Assembly: GCF_001194135.2 (NCBI RefSeq)
Contig: NC_068988.1
Coordinates: 48,466,605-48,503,362 of the forward strand
Direction: 5' to 3'
Origin: Octopus bimaculoides
Lineage: Eukaryota
Length of the DNA: 36,758 nucleotides
Below are positions 25,393-34,525 of this stretch, one piece after another; positions within the stretch are counted from its first letter, which is position 1, and each line of letters begins with the position of its first letter. The position numbers and the translations under genes are program-made. The notes under the pieces were generated by a model. That model was not told the DNA's origin, made no database searches, and saw only the letters and a list, made by a program, of their open reading frames with translations.

Positions 25393-25810
25393 AGCAGTGA
25401 GCTAGCAGAAACGTTAGCACGCCAGACGAAATGCTTAGTGGTATTTCGCCCGTCACTACGTTCTGAGTTCAAATTCGACCTTGCCTTTCATCCTTTTGGG
25501 GTCGATTAAATAAGTACCAGTTACGCACTGGAATCGATATAATCGACTTAATCCCTTTGTCTGTCCTTGTTTGTCCCCTCTGTGTGTAGCCCGTTGTGGG
25601 CAGTAAAGAAATAAGAAACAATAGCACACCAGACAAATTACTTAGCGGTATTTCGCCCGTCACTACGTTCTGAGTTCAAATTCCATCGGGATCAACCTTG
25701 CCTTTTATCCTTTCAGGGCCGATGAAATAAGTACCAGTTGCCCACTGGGGTCAATGTAATCGACCAGCCCCCATTCCCTAAAATTTTCAAGGCCTTGTGC
25801 CTACAGTAGC
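25393..25810 (+). mobile_element. Head-to-tail SINE family A dimer (left long-tail monomer 25393-25614; right 5'-clipped short-tail monomer 25615-25810)
   Basis: ggtatttcgcccgtcactacgttctgagttcaaattc occurs twice (25440-25476 and 25647-25683). The left unit ends gggcagtaaagaaataa and is followed directly by gaaacaatagcacaccagac. Confidence 0.88.
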
Positions 25811-26002
25811 AATAATTATCAGTAACATCTATCTGAATCTAATAACATCATCACCAAAAGACGATGATAAAACGCCGTCTCTATCGTTGCTGATTTTGTC
25901 ATAGTTGTCATCATCATCATCTTCGTCACCGTTGTTGTCGTTACTGTCATTGTTAAAATTTCTGAGCTTGTGCCTATACTAGAAAGAATTAGTTTTATTA
26001 AT

Positions 26003-26135
26003 AATTTCAAATGCCACCGAGGCTGACTTTGCTTACATTCTTTCGGAGTCGATACAATAATCATCAGTTGAGCACTGGAGTCGATGTGATCGACTGACTC
26101 CTCCTCCGAAATTACAGGCCTTGTGCTTATAATGG
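26003..26135 (+). mobile_element. SINE family A 3' fragment
   Basis: tttcaaatgccaccgaggctgactttgc...gagcactggagtcgatgtgatcgact...acaggccttgtgc. Confidence 0.7.
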
Positions 26136-26164
26136 AGACGCAAATTATTCTCTTCGTATACACT

Positions 26165-26635
26165 CAACGGAGTAGATGATTGGAAAAGAAAAGGATCCTA
26201 ACATCGGGTACAACAAGAACCCTCCTATTGGGTTACAGCAAGTACACTTAGATGCCAAGAACCCTCCTAAGTACCATAGTTGTCTCTAATAACACTGTTT
26301 TCTGAAGCTGTACTAGACTAGGTTTATGCCTATTTCCTCAATCCATCTGTTCAGATCTTTAGAGATAGTTCCCAATGTACTTATAACTACTAGGATACAT
26401 TTTACCCGCACTTTCCGTAGTCTCTCTAACTCAATAGCTAGGTTCTGGTACTTTGCTATTTCTTCTATAACTCTCATAATAATTTTTCCATTATTTGGTT
26501 CTGTAAAGTCAATTATCTGGCACTTTATATTCTCTACTAAATCAGGCCTTCTAGCTTCTATTAGTCTGTCACACTTAAGGTTAAAATTCCACAGCATCTT
26601 GTATTTCATACTTTCTAGTATTTTACTAGGTTCAT
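26165..26635 (-). mobile_element. 5'-truncated R4/Dong-clade non-LTR retrotransposon: C-terminal restriction-like endonuclease (coding remnant 26248-26633) plus 3' UTR
   Basis: Translation EPSKILESMKYKMLWNFNLKCDRLIEARRPDLVENIKCQIIDFTEP...EEIAKYQNLAIELERLRKVRVKCILVVISTLGTISKDLNRWIEEIGI, then after a frameshift VQLQKTVLLETTMVLRRVLGI*. This matches the RLE C-terminus (LWDF.IQTD..IEARRPD....IID.AVP....EKIEKYQDL...PIVIGALG....LQK.ALLGTA.ILR.VL) with the PD..D..K motif. Confidence 0.88.
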
Positions 26636-26649
26636 CATCATCATCATCA

Positions 26650-26717
<68 letters not shown>

Positions 26718-26725
26718 TTATTATT
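26633..26725. repeat. (CAT)5 plus (TAT)n microsatellite
   Basis: Seen directly. Confidence 0.98.
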
Positions 26726-26744
26726 GTTGTTTTTGTTAATTTCA

Positions 26745-27100
26745 ATTGTTCCTGGGGACGACTTTGTCTTCCATCATTTTGGGGTCAGTATGATAAATAC
26801 CAGTTGAGCACTAATTTCGAGCTAATCAAGCAGGCCTCTATCTCCAAATTTCGGGGTTTCTGCCTAAAGCTGGGAGGATTCGGTAAGCTAGCAGAATTGT
26901 AACTGCGTCGAACAAAATGCTTAGCTGATTTATTTCCCGCTTTACGTACTAAGTACAAATTTCTCCGGAGTTTAGTTTGCCTTTCATTCTTTCAGAGCCG
27001 ATAAAATAAGAACCAGCTGATCACTGGAGTGGATGTAATCGACTAAACACCTTCGCTTAAAAGAAATTTAGGCCTTGTGCCTGTAGTAGAATGAATTATT
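26745..27100 (+). mobile_element. Two adjacent degenerate SINE family A units (3' fragment 26745-26880; near-full copy 26881-27100)
   Basis: The second unit starts cggtaagctagcagaattg...aaatgcttagc and ends atttaggccttgtgcctgtagtagaatgaattatt. The first contains gactttgtcttccatcattttggggtc...aaataccagttgagcact. Confidence 0.7.
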
Positions 27101-27167
27101 ACTATCGTTGTTGGGGTACTGCTGATGGTGGTGGTGGTGACGATATTGGTGATGAAGATAATGATCT

Positions 27168-27197
27168 TGATCATCATCATCACCATCATCATCGTCG

Positions 27198-27236
<39 letters not shown>

Positions 27237-27255
27237 GGCGTCGTCATCCATCGTC
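27168..27255. repeat. (CAT)n microsatellite
   Basis: Seen directly. Confidence 0.95.
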
Positions 27256-27633
27256 ATAATCTTCTTTCTTTTTTTATTTCTGTGATTATAACACTCACCA
27301 CCGTGAGTTGCATAATTCCTACAACCTCCATTAATTAATATTACCTTCAGCATGGCAATGATGGAAATCTTTATTAGCTCACTCAATCTGTAAGAAAAAG
27401 CAACCAAATGTACTTTGTATCACACCCCTCCTTCTTACAAAAAAGCGAAGTTCTTTCATTCGATAACATAGTCCTATAACACAGCTCACAAAAGAACAGA
27501 GTTTGCATTTCGAATATTTATGATCATTGGCGCCTTGATGAGATTTCATGAAGTTCAATGCGATGTCATAGGTGTCATGGCGGAATGTGAGAATGCACAA
27601 ACATAATCTGCCGCAAACACCGGTATCACAGCT

Positions 27634-27716
27634 ATTAGACAGGTCCTCTATCATCTCAACACTTTTGTGCATAGATTAGACAGGTCCTCTATCATCTCAA
27701 CACTGTGAATAGATTA
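27634..27716. repeat. Local tandem duplication with a ~41/38-bp unit
   Basis: attagacaggtcctctatcatctcaacact is identical at 27634-27663 and 27675-27704, followed by tttgtgcatag and gtgaatag respectively. Confidence 0.95.
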
Positions 27717-28488
27717 AAGGATTTTGACAATCAACCATTGTTTTTTGTATCAACGGCCAGTGAGATTAATCGTTCAGATCTAAATAAGTTGCTTCTATTA
27801 TAAATGACATTATATCAATTTACTTTCTTAGTGTCCCCTGAGAACTCAATCCATGTTTAACTGTAGCTGAAACTCTAGTCATATCATCTTTAATTACCAT
27901 CTCCACAGTCTTACATTTCTTCAGAATGCATAATATTTTAGGCATTTATCTTTGATATTAGAAATTTCAGTTCACTTCAGCTACCTATATGGACTTTGCA
28001 AAGGGCTGTATAACAATGACGATATTTGGATCAGAATACGTATTTTAATTGATTTAAATTAAATCGATTAGATGCACAAATCTTTCGCATATAAAGGACC
28101 TACGCACTTATATAATAGAAACACGTGTCAGAATTTTTATATGCTGAAAAATTTTAATTTTAGACGTACAATTTTCAATTCTTTATTGTGTCATACTAAC
28201 CTACACAAGAATTTTACACGAAATTATTGGAAGAGAAATCAAGTTTTACCAATCGATAGTAGTGCTACAATAATTGTTTGGTCTAAACGATTCTAAATGT
28301 CTCCTAAAATTCTAGATGGTTAACCAAGTCCGTATTTTGACAGAGTGCTACTAAGATCTCTGCATAGATTTAAAATTCCTATTTCTTGTGTCACATATAT
28401 ATAGGTATGTAAGTATGTATGTATATATATATATGTGTTTGTAAGTAGGTAGGTAGGTGTGTATGTGTGTATATATGTATATATATAC

Positions 28489-28860
28489 GTCACTAAAGCG
28501 ACTAAGGGCGCTAGTCAGCACCAGTATTGCTAGAAATACGAGTCAAAACAGCTCATAATCACGATAAGCACTACCGATCACCCGACATTTATCACCCGAT
28601 ATTTATGAGATCAACGTATGATTTCTGCTCTCGTCTTACAAACGGACAAGGTGTGTTGAGTTTAGCCCTAGGCACTGGTACGAGCCACTGAAGAACATTA
28701 TTGTACATGAGAAATCATTAGTGATCTGGCTATGCTCGGTGCTGAGGGAGCCTGCCTTCTTTGTCAGTCATTAAGATGGTACTTATCATGGTTATGAGTT
28801 GTTTTGTCTCTTATTTCGAGCAATACTGGTGGTGACTAGGGCCCTGGTCACTTTAGTGAC
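28489..28860. mobile_element. Non-autonomous DNA transposon (MITE-like), 372 bp, with ~83-bp terminal inverted repeats
   Basis: Left end gtcactaaagcgactaagggcgctagtcagcaccagtattgctagaaatacgagtcaaaacagctcataatcacgataagcac versus reverse complement of the right end gtcactaaagtgaccagggccctagtcaccaccagtattgctcgaaataagagacaaaacaactcataaccatgataagtac. Both flanks are TA-rich; there is no coding interior. Confidence 0.9.
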
Positions 28861-28911
28861 ATATATCATTTTGTCCTTCGGTTGGATTGGAAAATTGCTA
28901 ACAAGCCACCC

Positions 28912-28942
<31 letters not shown>

Positions 28943-29070
28943 NNNNNNNNNNNNNNNNNNNNNNNNNNNNNNNNNNNNNNNNNNNNNNNNNNNNNNNNNN
29001 NNNNNNNNNNNNNNNNNNNNNNNNNNNNNNNNNNNNNNNNNNNNNNNNNNNNNNNNNNNNNNNNNNNNNN
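28943..29070. other. Assembly gap
   Basis: N run after (TA)n. Confidence 1.
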
Positions 29071-29074
29071 NAAG

Positions 29075-29460
29075 TAGCTAGCTTACCAACCACGTGGTCC
29101 CTGGTTCAGTCCCACTGCGTGGCATCTTGGGCAACTGTCTTCTACTATAGCCTCGGGCCGACCAAGGCCTTCTGAGTGGATTTGGTAGACGGAAATTGAA
29201 AGAAGCCCGTCGTATATATGTATATATATATATATATATATGCATGTGTGTGTATATGTTTGTATGTGTGTGTTTGTCCCCCCTATCATCGCTTGACAAC
29301 CGATGCTGGTGTGTTTATGTCCCCGTACCTTAGCGGTTCGGCAACACAGATCGATAGAATAAGTATTAGGCTTCGAAAGAATAAGTCCTGGGGTCGATTT
29401 GCTCGACTAAAGGCGGTACTCCAGCATGGCTACAGTCAAAAGACTGAAACAAGTAAGAGT
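29075..29460 (+). mobile_element. SINE family B, best-preserved copy (extreme 5' end lost in the gap)
   Basis: ctggttcagtccc B-box-like segment, ggcatcttgggcaactgtctt CORE-like box, internal (TA)/(GT) tract, and 3' end ctggggtcgatttgctcgactaaaggcggtactccagcatggctacagtcaaaagactgaaacaagtaagag. Confidence 0.9.
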
Positions 29461-29563
29461 ATATACATATATATGTGTATGTATTTAGGCATATATATGA
29501 ATGTATATATATATATATGTATATATAGTGATATGTATGTGTATATAAACATACATACATACG

Positions 29564-29601
<38 letters not shown>

Positions 29602-30046
29602 NNNNNNNNNNNNNNNNNNNNNNNNNNNNNNNNNNNNNNNNNNNNNNNNNNNNNNNNNNNNNNNNNNNNNNNNNNNNNNNNNNNNNNNNNNNNNNNNNNN
29701 NNNNNNNNNNNNNNNNNNNNNNNNNNNNNNNNNNNNNNNNNNNNNNNNNNNNNNNNNNNNNNNNNNNNNNNNNNNNNNNNNNNNNNNNNNNNNNNNNNNN
29801 NNNNNNNNNNNNNNNNNNNNNNNNNNNNNNNNNNNNNNNNNNNNNNNNNNNNNNNNNNNNNNNNNNNNNNNNNNNNNNNNNNNNNNNNNNNNNNNNNNNN
29901 NNNNNNNNNNNNNNNNNNNNNNNNNNNNNNNNNNNNNNNNNNNNNNNNNNNNNNNNNNNNNNNNNNNNNNNNNNNNNNNNNNNNNNNNNNNNNNNNNNNN
30001 NNNNNNNNNNNNNNNNNNNNNNNNNNNNNNNNNNNNNNNNNNNNNN
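29602..30046. other. Assembly gap within (TA)n
   Basis: N run. Confidence 1.
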
Positions 30047-30072
30047 TATATATATATATATCACACAGTGTA

Positions 30073-30992
30073 GTGTGCTGCAGTAAAATGATCTGACGTA
30101 TTTGTAGGTTTAATAAAAGGAAGATACAGTAAAGAACAAAAATGTGCTTATAGTTTCGGAAGGTACATCTAATGGCATTTTGTTTCATTTGTTTTTTTAA
30201 AATTAAATCAGTCAAGTGGGTGCCGTTACTATCCTCACACTGCTGAAGGCGTTCACGAAGTTGTCCATATCTCTACGGGCCATTTCATGTGGAATGACAG
30301 CAATTTCTTAATGAATGACATCTTTTAATTGTTCAATAGATAGGGGGGGGGGGCAATGTGAGTATGCTTCTGATTTCAGGTATCCCCTCAGAAAAAAAAA
30401 TAATCGCACGGGTTCAAATCAGGTGATCGGTCAGGATAACTGATATTACCATGCAATGTGATCAAATGACCGGGGAACATCTCCCTCAAAATCCCCATCG
30501 CACTTCGAGAAGTGCGTGCTGTTGCCCCATCCTGGTGAAACAAAACGTTGTCCCTATCGTCAAGTTCATTCAGTCTGCGTGTCAGAAAGGTCTCAAGCAT
30601 CACATAATATCGATCAGAGTTCACAGTCACTGTAACATTGTCTTCTCTGTAGAAATACGGACCCCAGGCGCCGAATTCTGCTGCTACAGAATTTCGATTA
30701 GGTACGGGATCATGTCTTCCAGGCTTGAAGTGCACACGGAACGCTCTTCGTGTTGCAGTTACGGATTCGTTTTTCTTGATAAGCATTTCCACAATGAAAG
30801 TGCAATGCTCGCCCGTCTAATTCATGTTGGCAACTGAAAATGAATTGAAACAAAATGTCACAAATGGCACCAATTGAAACGAAATTGCATTATATGTACA
30901 TTTCGAAAATAACAGCACGCTTTCCGTTCTTCTTTACTGTATTTCACTTTTATTAAACCTAAAAACGTTTCAGATAATTTTACCGCACCATG
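30073..30992 (-). mobile_element. Internally deleted Tc1/mariner element of the DD41D (rosa/Visitor) type with ~60-65-bp imperfect TIRs
   Basis: Left TIR tgcagtaaaatgatctgacgtatttgtaggtttaataaaaggaagatacagtaaagaa (~30079-30136) versus reverse complement of the right end catggtgcggtaaaattatctgaaacgtttttaggtttaataaaagtgaaatacagtaaagaa (30929-30992). TA follows at 30993-30994, and a transposase remnant lies inside. Confidence 0.9.
30185..30825 (-). pseudogene. DD41D transposase pseudogene: N-terminal HTH (DUF4817-like) fused in frame to the C-terminal half of the catalytic domain
   Basis: MN*TGEHCTFIVEMLIKKNESVTATRRAFRVHF...PVPNRNSV | AAEFGAWGPYFY...VTVNSDRY...FHQDGATA...RSPDLNPCDYFF, then frameshifted GYLKSEAY and RERLQQC.DSNGTHLTDLI. 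I count 41 residues between the QD aspartate and the PCD aspartate. There is a stop at codon 3 and frameshifts. Confidence 0.9.
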
Positions 30993-31232
30993 TACAAGCA
31001 CATACATATACAATCACAGGTGAAATCGAATGTCTATTCGCACATAGACAGAGCATGTCAGCACGTTCGCAACCATATGCATCTTCACATACTTACAGCA
31101 CATAAACATGCACACATATCTACGTGAAAATTGTCAGTCTATGCTAACGTAGACGAACATGCAGACCCACCTCAAACACACACATGCACACACATATACA
31201 CACACGCACACACATACATAAGTATGTGTATA

Positions 31233-31265
<33 letters not shown>

Positions 31266-31378
31266 NNNNNNNNNNNNNNNNNNNNNNNNNNNNNNNNNNN
31301 NNNNNNNNNNNNNNNNNNNNNNNNNNNNNNNNNNNNNNNNNNNNNNNNNNNNNNNNNNNNNNNNNNNNNNNNNNNNNN
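31266..31378. other. Assembly gap within (TA)n
   Basis: N run. Confidence 1.
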
Positions 31379-31399
31379 TACATGTATATGAGTGTGCGT

Positions 31400-31436
<37 letters not shown>

Positions 31437-31667
31437 TGTATGTATGTATAGGTATGCATGTGTGTACGTGTGTTTGTGCGTGTGTATACAGAACCACTTC
31501 CTCCAAAACACTCCTAAATCTTGCATACAAGGAGTGAAGCAAGGTGCTGATATCGTGAGTGAGTCAATTAAGAAACGAAGTTGTAACTAGAAATAGCAAG
31601 ATCGCTGTATTGTGTGAAAAAAGTGTAGAGCAGAACAGAAGGCAAGGATGAAGGGATAGGTTTAGCT

Positions 31668-31693
31668 ATACATACATACATACATACATACAT

Positions 31694-31756
<63 letters not shown>

Positions 31757-31760
31757 GATA
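31668..31760. repeat. (TACA)(CA)(TA) compound microsatellite
   Basis: Seen directly. Confidence 0.97.
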
Positions 31761-34349
31761 TATAAAGATATAAATTCGGTAAAAATGCTTGAAATAAGAA
31801 TATTTCCAGATAAATATTACTGGAAATCAAAGTTACTGGTAAAAGTTATTGATTTCCATTTTAGACGCACAGCCTCAAATTTTGGTTAAGGTGTAATCCG
31901 ATAAAATCGACCCAATACTTGACTTGTACTTTATTTATTGATCAGGTGACAATGAAACTCTAACGTTATCTCTGGTAGTTTCTCTTTTTTCTTTTTCTTT
32001 TTTGGACACAGAACTTAACGATAAGTAACTAAGTACAGAAATCTCACCGGACCTCAATGTTTTGTGAGACCTGTTCGGACACTAATTACAGCTTATATTT
32101 TTGAATGCTTATATTACAGGTTATATTTTTGATCGCTCCATCATCCTTTCGATGTACATTCATTTATCCCTTCTGAAGGAAACAGCTGCCGTTTTAAATC
32201 TTCCACGAAAGCAACGAAATAACCCTAAATGTGACCTTGTGTAGTCAGAGGTATAAGTGATTGCGCAGAACACTTGTAGTAGTAAACTATTATCGGAGTA
32301 CCGTCACTGCCTTAATATTTATATCACTATACACTAAGATAAAAACAATCAAAATGAAGTTGGGAATTTTAACATGATCGAATGGTCAAGTGTTACTCCA
32401 TCTTTTGTTATACCTTGAAAAAGGATCAGTTCCATATCTTTCGTGATTGTCAATGCCTATGCAGGATAAAGGATCCGAAAGCCAATGTTGTGGTCGAGGA
32501 AGAAGGACTAAGAGTTGTAGTTAATGAGCTGCCTGCATTAGGATATGACATAGACGATGAGAGAGGTAGAAAACAAAGAGAATCAAAGTTGTTGGAATGT
32601 AGGTGGCAGAGACCATCGTAGAATTGTAGAAAAAAAAACCCAGAGACAATGAAGACGGCACATCTGTAGGCCACAGGTTCCGATTATACAAAGATTGACA
32701 ATTCTGCCAATTACTCGAGTGGCCAATCTTTGGATGCTATGTAGTATGTGTCAGTAACAGCAGCATTGTCCTACATGAGGAAGCATGTACTCAATTGCGA
32801 GTCTAATTTGAGCTTTGTTAAGAATTATGAATTGTTATAGACCGATATATTTTCTGGTTCTGAAACAAAGCAACAGACAGTTTTTGCGAATCAGTCTTAG
32901 CTATATGTTTTCCTAGAAAGTTTCTCAGTTCTAGTTTGGTCTGACATTTGAAGTAACGGTGCTGTGTCCAGGTCATTTTTAAGCGGCGTGGCGGGGGGGG
33001 GGGGTTAACGATATTTTTTTCATAGTGGCTTTGCATGCCTGTTTTGTTATCCTACATTACTGCACAACGAACAGTGCAGATGCCAGCCATGGTGTAGGTG
33101 GTGGCATTAAAAGGGAAACCCTGATATGCTAACAGCATAGAATAGGAACAATCCATTCGAGGACTTCCCACATACTTTCAATTTTTCCCAAACTTGAATT
33201 AAAAGACTTTTTTAGAGCTGAGACTAGGCCGGAGAATACATACCACAGAAAACATTTACTCGTTGCAACAGTATGGATTCACAAATAACCTATTAGCAAA
33301 TTACTCTTATAAAGTGGTAAACGTTTTCAAGCGTTGATACTGTAGTGACATTTATCTCCGCATATTTTTCTTTGGCCTTCAATCGAGATCATCACTTCAT
33401 AAATTTTGTGAGAGATACATCTAAATGTCATTTGTTTTCACCATCCTCTTCAGTTACGTCCTTTTCAGAAAAAAAAAACTTTTTTCTTCCCGCTGACGTG
33501 TTCCGAACTTTTCTTTTCTCTTCCATCTTATTTGAATCTAAACGTATACGTAACACTTACTTCCATTGCAAAGGTGTTTTCTTTTTTTCAGTCTTCAGTT
33601 GTTACTATTCTATATTTTAATTGTATCTTTTCTTCGTTTCTTTTTTACATTTTCTATATTTTTGTCAATAACTACTCTGTTGATTCTGTTGTTATAATTC
33701 ATCTCGTCACACAAAATTACAATGTTGTTTCCTGAGTTCCGTAATGTTCATAGTTTATTTTGCACGATGCTTAATATATAGTTATTTTCACAATTGTTCT
33801 AACCATTAAAAATATTTCTCTCCATTCCAACCATTGTTATTAGAATCGTTTTCCACAATTTTCTCAGTAGAGATATTGTCAAAACTCTACATGAATCTAA
33901 AAAGAGAAAGAAAAAAAATTTAAATGGCATATAACTTATGGCGTCACCTCAATGCATTAAAACGTTTTCAGCAAAATTCACTCCCCCAAATGTCATGAAA
34001 ACAAGAAGATAAGAAACTCAGTCTAAATTAAGTTAGAAAGAAAACCACTTAAATGACATATCAAAATGAGACCAATATAAAACAAGTTCCATCAAGATAC
34101 AACTATATAACATTCATCATGGTTTCTAACAGAGAATCAAGGTTTCGAATTTTGACAGCTGGATTAGACGATCATAATCTAGAACAGAAGAATGATGCTT
34201 TTGAGTAGACTTAAGAAAATAAAAGGGAAACAGTTTACTTCGACACAGTAAATTAGTGTTTTATTTGTGTATTCCACGTAAGTACATATAATGAAATCAT
34301 CGTGTGGAGTCTAAGTTACACTAAGTGTAGATAATGCTGATACTGACTA

Positions 34350-34525
34350 CTGGTGGCGGCGTGTTTAGGTCACCGTAACTTAACGGTTTGGTAAAAAAAA
34401 GATCCCATAGAATAAGTACTAGGCCTAGCAATATAAGTATTAGGGTCGATGCATTCCACTAAAATTCTTCAAGGCGTAGCCGCAGCATGGTCATAGTCTA
34501 ATGGCAGAAACAAGAAAAAGATAAA
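34350..34525 (+). mobile_element. SINE family B 3' half
   Basis: ggtgtttaggtcaccgtaacttaacggtttgg...atagaataagtactaggc...gggtcgatgcattccactaaaattcttcaaggcg...cagcatggtcatagtctaatggcagaaacaagaaaaag. Confidence 0.75.

Noticed and set aside
13049-31537. Long ORFs in the track containing X runs or YIYI/CVCV/HTHT/poly-L/poly-N/poly-S
   Set aside because: They are translations of N-gaps and microsatellites, not proteins.
32382-32621. 79-aa plus-strand ORF with protein-like composition (VVVEEEGLRVVVNELPALGYDIDDERG)
   Set aside because: No recognisable family, weak splice signals, and other frames show only a vague endonuclease-like IVNAYA.
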